Source of the DNA: Macrostomum lignano
Lineage: Eukaryota
NCBI GenBank assembly: GCA_002269645.1
Contig: NIVC01002706.1
Coordinates: forward strand, 84,337-148,336
Direction: 5' to 3'
Length of the DNA: 64,000 nucleotides
In this document: positions 53,455 to 63,654 of the stretch, piece by piece
Numbering within the stretch: position 1 is the stretch's first letter
Layout: each line of letters opens with the position of its first letter
The notes under the pieces: generated by a model
The model's database searches: none
What the model was told of the DNA's origin: nothing
The model's input: only the letters and a program-made list of their open reading frames with translations
Position numbers and translations under genes: made by a program

Positions 53455-54370
53455 AGAGGTCGATGGTTGGTTATTAGCTTAAATTTTCTGCCACAGAGAA
53501 AACGATGACATCTTCTGACACCCCATATTATCGCAAGCGCTTCTCGCTCTATTTGCGAATAATTTCGCTCCGATGATGACAAAAGTTTGCTTATGTACAA
53601 GACAGGACGTCCTTGCTGACTCAGGACACCACCAAGGGCAATCTGCGAAGCGTCTACTTCGAGCTCAACCGGTAGCTTTGGGTCGTACGCATACAAAACA
53701 GCGTCTTCTGAAAGTGATTTCTGGATGTTTCTGAACGCACCTTGTTCTTTTGCGCCCCAACGAAACTCCACACCTTTGCGCTTCAGGTGCACCAACGGAG
53801 CCGATATTCCAGAAAGGTTTGCAATGAATCGCGAGCAGAACGTAATCAGTCCGAGGAAGGATTCTAACTCGGAAAGATTCTTCGGAGCTTCCATTTCTTT
53901 GATCGCCCGCACTTTCTCTCCATCAGGATAAATGCGCCGCTGTCCAGAATATGACCCAATAACCGGACTCGAGATGAATTCCGTTGGCATTTCTGATCAT
54001 TTACCTTTAGCCCTTCCGATGCTAGACGGTGAAGTACTTGTTCTTCGCGTCCTTTCAACTCTGACTCATCGCTTCCACCGATTAATATATCATCCATGAA
54101 CGCTATTGTTCCGGGAATGCCTTGGATCACTTGCGATATATACCGTTGGAAAATACTCGGAGCCGTTTTTATTCCAAACATAAGTTTATTGTACCTAAAA
54201 TTTCCAAACGGTGTCGATATCACGGTTTGTGGTTTAGATGCGTCCAGCTCTACTTATGGTTGTACGCTTTCTCTGGATCAATGATACTGTACTGAAAGCA
54301 TCCCGCCACTGTCGAGAACGCTTCCTCCGGGGTCGGTGTCGGGTAGCTATCCGGGACAGATCATTTACTG

Positions 54371-54946
54371 TGTGTGTATGTGTGTGTGCAACCAGTGCGA
54401 ACACACTAGCCGGATGCGAGCCCAGCACCGACAGTGGAGGCCGCTTAGTGCTAAAAATCTGCGTCCGTCTGGTGTAGAGGGCCGGGCAGTCGTAGAGCCA
54501 GTGGGTGATAGTTCCGAACTCCTCAGCGCAGTACGGTCGCACCGGGCAGGCGTCTGGGCGCGGCGGATGCTGCTGCAGGAGGGTTGACGGTGGCAGGTTC
54601 TGCTGCAGTAAGGGGCGGCGCAAGCCAGACCAGGGGCCCTGGAGTGCATTGCTCGTGAGCAGCGGTCCGCAGCGGGCAGAGGTGACGACGGAAGTCAGGG
54701 CTGGGGTTTCTCTCGATGTCCACGGAGCGGCCAAGGCGCAATTAGCTGCAGGTGTCGACAATGGTAGGCTGGCTGAGTTTGAGAAGAAGCACTCCACGAC
54801 CCTCACCGACGGGCCGGGTCCGAGATCCGAGGGCGTCGTGGGGGCCAGTACGGGTAGCATTCGTATCCCATCCAGAGGAATATGCATGGTCCGAGTCGCC
54901 GCGAAGAGGCTGCTACTGTGACCACAGGCTGTTGCTGTTGTTCTTG
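54371..54946 (-). mobile_element. 576-bp non-LTR (LINE)-derived insertion, apparently internally deleted
   Basis: Flanked by TTACTG at 54365-54370 and 54947-54952. The 3' end encodes YCAEEFGTITHWLYDCPAL..RR.QIF (LINE ORF2 C-terminal zinc-knuckle type) and ends in a (CA)n tail. Confidence 0.7.
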
Positions 54947-56109
54947 TTACTGGCAGTTAGAAAGCTTCTTGTATAGAGTCCTTTTTCAAACTTTCATTAT
55001 TTTCACAGCAACAAAATCTGCAAAATATATTGTAGGAATACTTCTGCAACTACCATGATGAATGAGTATAATTTAATTTCATAACAACAACTAACGATAA
55101 AACAGCCGGCAAACAGGGTAAACGCGGGAAACCTTGGCGAAATCATTATTAATAAAAACCTTGTTGTGTATGTGTTTCGAAACATCTCTAGCATCGAAAA
55201 TTTTCATTTACATATAAACAGATCTTAATTTTCAATGCAATGTACGACGTGACAATTTTGAACGTTTTGAGTTTTCGTGCTCATTCCTGGAAATCAATAT
55301 AAAAAGAAAATTGAAAAAATCCATAGCATATTTCTTACATAGAGAGAGTCATAGCCAATTTTTTGCTTTAAAGTTTGCATACATTTTTTGTCATTGATAG
55401 TGTATTTTTTAATTTTCTATTCATATCTCTAGCTCAGTGAACTTAAAATTGCTTTTTTGCTTTCTTCACTATTAATTAAAAGTAAATAGTGACTATAGGA
55501 AGTCTAGTGTACTAGTGGTAACTAATAGGGCCTAAGTGTTCATTAAATAAAAAATAGTAAAAATAGACAGATACAGCTAGCCCTGTCTTCATTATGTCAT
55601 ATCTACTAATGACTGATTCTGATACTGATAAGTGGTATTGAAATATATTTTTTAATATTTTTCAAATGCTTTTAAAACTTTGGATTTGATTATATAACAG
55701 TAGATAAAACTTATACTATACTATAGGCTATTATATTCTGTATATTTACAAAGATTTTCAAAATCATTTTTTTAATTAAAATTATTTGACTAGGTTTAGG
55801 CCTATGGCAATGCCGCATATTTTGGGCAATTTTAATTTTTGCCTTTCATTTACAAAGATTTTTTTTTTAAAATGAAATAGTTGTAATATAAAACAATGGA
55901 AAACAATAAAATAATGTTCCAGGGCCTTTCTAATGCTAAAAAAACTTAAAACAACAATTTTCTATGGTCCTCAAAAGGTTAATGATAGAATTTGAAATGA
56001 ATAACTTATTAGAGTTTTAATTTTATAGTTTAGTTTAACTTATGTAATTTAGCTTAGCTCAAGTCAATTGAAAAGGATAATAATATGCAATCCATGAATC
56101 CAAGAGAGC

Positions 56110-56800
56110 ATATTGCCAAAAACATATTAAGGGTACATTTAATGCTATATAAACTCTGAGATGCAACTTAAATATGGCTTGACTTATATCATGCATAGCT
56201 TAGAACTTTGCCTTATAGTATACCTATGTCCCTTTGATGAGATTTGTATAGGCCTATACAGTTAGATCTTGCAAATTGAATAAGACAAAGCAATGGCTAA
56301 CAATATTGTAATTATAAAGCTGTATATATATACTTGTTATCCATTAATGATTATATATATGACAGGAAAAACATGGCAATAAATCAATAGTAGTAGCATT
56401 ATAGCTATACAATCAACAAAAGAATCATGACACACTTATTAGCATTATGCTCATTGCTCAGCCATATCAAGTACCCACAACTAGGCTAATGTATATCTTG
56501 GTGATACTTTTGATGAAAGAAATAGGACTTATCTATATCTACTTCTCTGCTGAGACTACCAAGCTCCAGTTGTTCCACTGGATGATCAATGAGGTAGGCC
56601 TACTAGACACATATATTAGACAAGTTTTGCCAGTTGGCATTCACCCTGCTTTATTTCTATAGCCTATCACTAAATAAGATATCTAGCAACTAGTGTACTA
56701 AGAGGTGGCTGGCTTCAAAAAAGGAGCCTTTTCTAATTGAAACCTGGGCATGACAATTGGTATATTCCCATATAAGTCTATCTAAGAATTGGTCACCCAT
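56110..56800 (-). pseudogene. Merlin/ISXO2 (IS1016-like) DDE transposase relic, heavily C>T/G>A mutated
   Basis: Motifs in order on the minus strand: LIWEYTNCHAQVSIRKGSFFEASHL; EVDIDKSYFFHQKYHQ; NKCVMI; LLLLIYCHVFP.IYIIING*QVY; IVSH; AYTNLIKGT*; EFI*H. These match the family pattern W.C..C..SIRKGSFF / VEIDES.F.RRKY / I.SDGWRAY / HTN.IEG.W / EFMWR. Confidence 0.82.
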
Positions 56801-57039
56801 TCACTGCTAGGTGCTAAAGATACATTGCTAGTGTCATATTGTTTGTTGTTACTTGACTCTGGTATAGTTAATTGGATTGACTTAGAAGTGGCCTTAGGGA
56901 GAGACTATTTATTCTAATCACTCCCAATCCCATTTTGTAATTATTAAGATTGGAACTATTTTGCTTTTTCCTAGCTTATTTACTTTAAGCATATATTCCA
57001 TATCTCTACAATTTCAGTTAATTAATTAAATAGTACAGC

Positions 57040-57133
57040 ATGAGCTATAGTGAATGCACCTACCATGGGGAGCAAGAGTCCTACCACTGTGGTTATTGTG
57101 AAGGCAAAAAACAGAAGTCGCGCTGCACACATG
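57040..57133 (+). CDS. ATE1: Arginyl-tRNA--protein transferase 1, exon 1
   Basis: MSYSECTYHGEQESYHCGYCEGKKQKSRCTHG contains the ATE N-terminal CGYC motif. G|GTAATT donor. Confidence 0.88.
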
Positions 57134-57235
57134 GTAATTTTGCTCATATTTCAACTGTGCTATTCTGATGCTAATGACATTTTCATTCTATTACAATAAT
57201 AGAAAGCAAATGGACTAATCTTTCTCGAATTTTAG

Positions 57236-57299
57236 GCGCCTCTTTTTCCACACTCACTACTAAGGACTACCAGAGTCTTATGTTTCGAGGATGGAGGCG
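57236..57299 (+). CDS. ATE1: ATE1 exon 2
   Basis: TTTTAG| acceptor and CG|GTAAGG donor. Translation GASFSTLTTKDYQSLMFRGWRR (DYQ...RGWRRSG motif). Confidence 0.92.
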
Positions 57300-57364
57300 G
57301 TAAGGACATATTGTATCCACTGTGGGTTGCTGCTAGTCACTAACCCCAATCCATAAGGGGGTGC

Positions 57365-58005
57365 TGCTACCCCTGATCCTTCACCGAGTGCCGCTGCCCC
57401 CGATCCTTCAGGGAGTGCCACTACCCCCGATCCTTCAGGGAGTGCCACTACCCCCGATCCTTCAGGGCGTGCCACTACCCCCGATCCTTCAGGGCGTGCC
57501 ACTTACCCCCGATCCTTCAGGGCGTGCCACTTACCCCCGATCCTTCAGGGCGTGCCACTACCCCTGATCCTTCAGGGCGTGCCACTTACCCCCGATCCTT
57601 CAGGGCGTGCCGCTACCCCCGATCCCTTCGGGGAGTGCCGCTACCCCGATCTTGCAGCAATTGCCACATGCCACTACCCCCGATCCTGCAGCAATTGCCA
57701 CTACCCCCGATCCTTCAGGGAGTGCCACTACCTTCGATCCTTCAGGGAGTGCCGCTACCCCCGATCCTTCAGGGAGTGCCGCTACCCCCGATAATTCAGC
57801 AATTGCCACTACCCCCGATCCTTCAGGGAGTGCCGCTACCCCGATAATTCAGCAATTGCCACTACCCCCAATCCTTCAGGGAGTGCCGCTACCCCCGATC
57901 CTTCAGGGAGTGCCGCTACCCCTGATAATTCAGCAATTGCCGCTACCCCCGATCCTTCAGGTGGTGCCGCTACCCCGATCCTTCAGGTGGTGCCGCTTCC
58001 CCCGA
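57365..58005. repeat. 27-bp minisatellite, ATE1 intron 2
   Basis: GCCGCTACCCCCGATCCTTCAGGGAGT units. Confidence 0.92.
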
Positions 58006-58091
58006 TCCATCAGGGTTGCAATAGAAAAATAGATGCACAATCAGTTTTAAGTATAAAAAAGCATAAAGAAACTCAATGAATTGGCTCTCAG

Positions 58092-58296
58092 GTCGGGCGA
58101 TTACTGTTACAAGCCCGTAATGCGGGAGATCTGCTGTCCGCAGTACACAATTCGCTGCGATGTCGGTCGCTACCGACTGAGCCGCTCGCATCGGCGAGTC
58201 CTACGTCGAATGAACGAATTCCTGCGCAGCGGCGAAACGCCAAAGGCTAATAATAAAGCTGCAACAGGTGCTTCAGCTGCTACCGCCTCCAGACAG
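58092..58296 (+). CDS. ATE1: ATE1 exon 3
   Basis: CTCTCAG| acceptor and CAG|GTTTGT donor. Translation SGDYCYKPVMREICCPQYTIRC...SRSHRRVLRRMNEFL. Confidence 0.93.
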
Positions 58297-58419
58297 GTTT
58301 GTCAAAGACTAAACTCACTTTTTAGCTTGTTTGTTGTACCTTTGCTACCCTCGGATAGTACCAGCATTTTGTTCGGTTTTTTGTTATCACCCTCTAGTGC
58401 GTACAATAGCTCCTGAAAG

Positions 58420-59570
58420 AGTAGCTCTCTGTTATCCCCAATTAAGAATCACAGCTCTCTGTTATACCCAATTAAGAATCACAGCTCTCTGTTATCCCCA
58501 ATTAAGAATCACAGCTCTCTGTTATCCCCAATTAAGAATCACAGCTCTCTGTTATCCCCAATTAAGAATCACAGCTCTCTGTTATCCCCAATTAAGAATC
58601 ACAGCTCTCTGTTATCCCCAATTAAGAATCACAGCTCTCTGTTATCCCCAATTAAGAATCACAGCTCTCTGTTATCCCCAATTAAGAATCACAGCTCTCT
58701 GTTATCCCCAATTAAGAATCACAGCTCTCTGTTATCCCCAATTAAGAATCACAGCTCTCTGTTATCCCCAATTAAGAATCACAGCTCTCTGTTATCCCCA
58801 ATTAAGAATCACAGCTCTCTGTTATCCCCAATTAAGAATCACAGCTCTCTGTTATCCCCAATTAAGAAACGCAGCTCTCTGTTATCCCCAATTAAGAATC
58901 ACAGCTCTCTGTTATCCCCAATTAAGAATCACAGCTCTCTGTTATCCCCAATTAAGAATCACAGCTCTCTGTTATCCCCAATTAAGAATCACAGCTCTCT
59001 GTTATCCCCAATTAAGAATCACAGCTCTCTGTTATCCCCAATTAAGAATCACAGCTCTCTGTTATCCCCAATTAAGAATCACAGCTCTCTGTTATCCCCA
59101 ATTAAGAATCACAGCTCTCTGTTATCCCCAATTAAGAATCACAGCTCTCTGTTATCCCCAATTAAGAATCACAGCTCTCTGTTATCCCCAATTAAGAATC
59201 ACAGCTCTCTGTTATCCCCAATTAAGAATCACAGCTCTCTGTTATCCCCAATTAAGAATCACAGCTCTCTGTTATCCCCAATTAAGAATCGCAGCTCTCT
59301 GTTATCCCCAATTAAGAATCACAGCTCTCTGTTATCCCCAATTAAGAATCACAGCTCTCTGTTATCCCCAATTAAGAATCGCAGCTCTCTGTTATCCCCA
59401 ATTAAGAATCGCAGCTCTCTGTTATCCCCAATTAAGAATCACAGCTCTCTGTTATCCCCAATTAAGAATCACAGCTCTCTGTTATCCCCAATTAAGAAAC
59501 GCAGCTCTCTGTTATCCCCAATTAAGAATCACAGCTCTCTGTTATCCCCAATTAAGAATCACAGCTCTCT
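58420..59570. repeat. Homogeneous 30-bp minisatellite, ATE1 intron 3
   Basis: About 38 copies of AGCTCTCTGTTATCCCCAATTAAGAATCAC. Confidence 0.97.
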
Positions 59571-59645
59571 AGTACGTGATTCAGATCGAATGTTTCATTC
59601 ATTAATACTCGTAATAAAGTACACTAAGCACCATACTTCCGTCAG

Positions 59646-59766
59646 GCCAACAATAGTAACATAGGCGAATCTCGTCCTGTTGAAACCACGGCGGCCTGGA
59701 AGATGGCGCCGTTTCGGGTCGCGGGCGCCTTCGGCTTGGCAAAGCGCGCCAGAAACGCTGGGAAAG
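59646..59766 (+). CDS. ATE1: ATE1 exon 4 (apparent 1-nt frameshift)
   Basis: TTCCGTCAG| acceptor and AAAG|GTTAGA donor. The 3' part encodes GRGRLRLGKARQKRWER, continuous with RLKKL of exon 5, but only if one base is added near 59682-59687. Confidence 0.65.
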
Positions 59767-59814
59767 GTTAGAGTTTTTATCAATTATTTGCCTCGTGACC
59801 TAAAGATTCTGATC

Positions 59815-60178
59815 TTCAGATTAGTCTTATGAATCTTCAGATTGTTCTCATGGATATTCAGGTTAGTCTCATGGATATTCAGGTTAGTCTCTTGGATATT
59901 CAGGTTAGTCTCATGGATATTCAGATTAGTCTCATGGATATTCAGATTAGTCTCATGGATATTCAGATTAGTCTCATGGATATTCAGATTAGTCTCATGG
60001 ATATTCAGATTAGTCTCATGGATATTCAGATTAGTCTCATGTATATTCAGATTAGTCTCATGGATATTCAGATTAGTCTCGTGGATATTCAAGTTAGTCT
60101 CATGGATATTCAGATTAGTCTCATGGATATTCAGATTAGTCTCATAGATATTCAGATTAGTCTCATGGATATTCAGAA
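59815..60178. repeat. 21-bp minisatellite, ATE1 intron 4
   Basis: GGATATTCAGATTAGTCTCAT units. Confidence 0.95.
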
Positions 60179-60339
60179 TATTTTTTTTTCACCAAGATCT
60201 CCAAGCCCGTCTTATTTACTTATCTAGAGGATGATGGGCAAATAGTTCTTTCAAAATACTCTTCATGCCTACTATAGCTAGCTGCTTTTATAGTAGTATA
60301 ATATGTATTTGTTTTAAAACAAACAAAAAAATTTACCAG

Positions 60340-61047
60340 GCGGCTGAAAAAGCTTCGAGCAACGGCAGCGGCAGCGGCGGCCGCCTCTGGCGACGGCGCG
60401 GATCCCGAGACCAGTCTGAAAGCGACGCTGTCAGCCTACAGAGCTCGTCGGGCAGCTCGTGCCGCGGCCAGGGCGCCGAAATCGCTGGACCAGATGCTGC
60501 AGCCGCCGGCCGAGGCCAAGCACCGGCTGCGGGTCGTACTGCTGCCAAGCGCTAAACGAGAATTCGACAGCAAGTCGGAGCATTCGCTCTACGAACGCTA
60601 CCAGATGCGCATTCACGGCGACTCCAAGGCCGATTGCGACTACCGGCAGTTCTATCGATTCTTGTGCAAGTCGCCGCTGGTCTATGCTAAACGCAACAAT
60701 CGCTGGATCGGCTCGTTTCATCAGCAGTATTGGCTTGAGCCGGAGAACCGCCTGATCATGGTTGGCGTTGTTGACATCCTGCCCGACTGCACCTCGTCTG
60801 TGTACGTATTTTACGATCCTGACTATGCCTGGCTCAATCTGGGCACCTATGCGGCCCTGCGCGAAATTCAATTAACTAAACAGCTGGGCCTGCCGCACTA
60901 CTGCATGGGCTATTATATTCACGACTGCGTCAAGATGCGTTACAAAGGCGCTTTTGAAGGCTCCGAATTGCTCTGCCCGGAGACTTACACCTGGCACTGT
61001 TTGCAAACCGTGTGCGCGCCTAAACTCGATCTCAGCGGCTACTGCAG
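60340..61047 (+). CDS. ATE1: ATE1 exon 5 (catalytic ATE_C domain)
   Basis: PKSLDQML...HRLRV...LYERYQMRIHGD...FYRFLCKSPL...GSFHQQYWL...VGVVDILP.CTSSVYVFYDPDY...LGTYAALREI...YCMGYYIHDCVKMRYK. AG|GTAATG donor. Confidence 0.97.
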
Positions 61048-61454
61048 GTAATGCTTGTATTTATAAAGCCTCAATCATTAATTCAGACCTGTATTAGATG
61101 TAACGAGATTCTTATTTACTCCTGTAAAAGTTCACCTTAGATCTCGTACGCTATTAAATGAGCCACAGCTTGAAACTTTTTATAATGAAAAATACCCGAC
61201 TTTGAAGTGCTTTATTATGGAAATTTCCCGACATTGAGACGATTAGTTATGGAAAAATATTCTACCCTGAGATTGTTGTTAATGATAATGGTATTTCTCC
61301 TGACCTTGAAATGATTTTTTTCGGGGAAATCTTCGACCATTTTTAGTATATGGACTAGCAATCTAGTGCATCCAAAAAGCAAGAGAGAAAATTATCTATG
61401 TGAATCCTATTTGCCTTGACACCCACGCAATTTCCCCCTTAAGCCTTGACATCT

Positions 61455-61995
61455 TCGACCTTGAGATTTGATTAATGATTATGGAAAATCCATTCGACCT
61501 TGAGATTTTTATTAATGATTATGGAAAATCCATTCGACCTTGAGATTTTGAATAATGATTATGGAAAATCATTCGACCTTGAGATTTTTATTAATGATTA
61601 TGGAAAATCCATTCGACCTTGAGATTTTGAATAATGATTATGGAAAATCCATTCGACCTTGAGATTTTTATTAATGATTATGGAAAATCCATTCGACCTT
61701 GAGATTTTTATTAATGATTATGGAAAATCCATTCGACCTTGAGATTTTTATTAATGATTATGGAAAATCATTCGACCTTGAGATTTTGAATAATGATTAT
61801 GGAAAATCCATTCGACCTTGAGATTTTTATTAATGATTATGGAAAATCCATTCGACCTTGAGATTTTTATTAATGATTATGGAAAATCCATTCGACCTTT
61901 AGATGATTTATTGGGCAACCTTCAGCCTTGAGATAATTTATTGGGCAACCTTCAGCCTTGAGATATTTTATTGGGGCAACCTTTAACCTTGAGAA
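61455..61995. repeat. 40-bp minisatellite, ATE1 intron 5
   Basis: TTCGACCTTGAGATTTTTATTAATGATTATGGAAAATCCA units. Confidence 0.94.
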
Positions 61996-62034
61996 TTTGA
62001 CTCATTGATCATCCAATCAACTCATTCGCCGCAG

Positions 62035-62293
62035 ATTTGCCCCATCCGACGTTCCGGACGCTATCTCGGCCCCGGTGCCAGTCTCGGAGCTCCAGGTGGC
62101 CCTCGGCCATGGCAGCGCCAATTTCATGCCGTACAGCCAGATGGAGAGAATGCTGTCCGGCCGGCCATCCCTGCTGGCCATGCTGGCCGAACTGGCCGCT
62201 GAATTCGCTCGCCTTGTCGGCCGAGTGCGCCCGCCGGATCAGAGTCCGGTTCTGCTGATGGTGTCACTGATTTGCCTGCTCAATTTGCATTGA
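62035..62293 (+). CDS. ATE1: ATE1 terminal exon
   Basis: CGCCGCAG| acceptor, phase 2, joining as GYCR-FAP. Ends ...AEFARLVGR...LLMVSLICLLNLH*. Confidence 0.85.
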
Positions 62294-62344
62294 ATTCTTC
62301 AAACTGGCTGTGATCTTGCTGGCGTGTGTTCCATTTTATTTATG

Positions 62345-63120
62345 AGAGGGTCCTCAGATTGGACTAATTAGTTAAATCTACGAGGTCCTCAGACTGGACT
62401 AATTAGCCAAACCTATGAGGTCCTCAGACTGGACTAATTAGCCAAATATATGAGGTCCTCAGACTGGACTAGCCAAATCTATGAGGTCCTCAGACTGAAC
62501 TAATTAGCCAAACCTATGAGGTCCTCAGACTGAACTAATTAGCCAAACCTATGAGGTCCTCAGACGGGACTAATTAGCCAAACCTATGAGGTCCTCAGAC
62601 TGAACTAATTAGCCAAACCTATGAGGTCCTCAGACTGAACTAATTAGCCAAACTATGAGGTCCTCAGACGGGACTAATTAGCCAAACCTATGAGGTCCTC
62701 AGACGGGACTAATTAGCCAAACCTATGAGGTCCTCAGACTGAACTAATTAGCCAAACCTATGAGGTCCTCAGACTGAACTAATTAGCCAAACCTATGAGG
62801 TCTCAGACTGGACTAATTAGCCAAATCTATGAGATCCTCAGACTGGACTAATTAGCCAAACTATGAGGTCCTCAGACTGAACTAATTAGCCAAACCTATG
62901 AGGTCCTCAGACGGGACTAATTAGCCAAATCTATGAGGTCCTCAGACTGGACTAATTAGCCAAATCTATGAGATCCTCAGACTGGACTAATTAGCCAAAT
63001 CTATGAGGTCCTCAGACTGGACTAGCCAAACCTACTATAAGGTCCTCAGACTGACTAATTAGTCAATCTATGAGATCCTCAGACTGGACTAATTAGCCAA
63101 ATCTATGAGGTCCTCAGATG
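62345..63120. repeat. 35-bp minisatellite downstream of the ATE1 stop
   Basis: GAGGTCCTCAGACTGAACTAATTAGCCAAACCTAT units. Confidence 0.94.
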
Positions 63121-63654
63121 TGGATGTCCTTTAGAGATATGAAAAAAGACGCCAATCAAAAATTCTGTTTGGTCACAATTAAAGTTTACTTCAACTATCA
63201 TAATATGCTACTATTTTGTTTCGGACTAGTAGTAGCTCTAGATAATTGTGCGCTAATATTAAAATATGTCAGAGTCGGGTCTCGTTTCTGCTATTCTAGT
63301 TCTAGAATAACTAATTCTGCTAAAATCTAAGCTTCTATCCCGAAAGTTCTCGTTCATGTTTTTTACCTTTCCATATGATTAGTTTGTGTCTAATTTCTGC
63401 TTTCACTTTGTGTACTCCAGTTTCATTTATTATTCAGCTAGAAATGATCAGATATGTGTTTTTTTTGCTCCGCGCATAACATATAGCTATCTGGAGACTG
63501 ATTTTACAAAATAACAAAAATTTCACGTTAGAGCGAACGAACAGTAAAATTGGTTGTTTGCTCTGCTTTTCGGTCAACCCCTCGTGTTCAAATCATTACT
63601 TTTGTTCGAGGTCTGAGCTTTTATTGTTTCACTTTTGCCCTATTGAGCCAGGCC

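Larger units (their letters stand above)
51938..54995 (-). mobile_element. Degenerate Ty3/Gypsy LTR retrotransposon pol (RT-RNase H-integrase), several frameshifts, two nested insertions
   Basis: RT: TPFGNFRYNKLMFGIKTAP, AFMDDIL. RNase H: VDASQ, ERNYSQIEREALAIIW. Integrase: H..HLG..C..C, VHIDFAGP, SDNGP, YHPQSNGVAERFVRTLK. Domain order RT-RH-IN. LTRs were not identified. Confidence 0.93.

Noticed and set aside
55960-55983. Possible piggyBac-type end (...CAAAAGG|TTAA)
   Set aside because: No matching opposite terminus was found and the motif is short.
60340-62035. Mutually exclusive duplicated exon as in vertebrate ATE1 7A/7B
   Set aside because: The corresponding region is inside one continuous exon and no duplicate is visible in the flanking introns.
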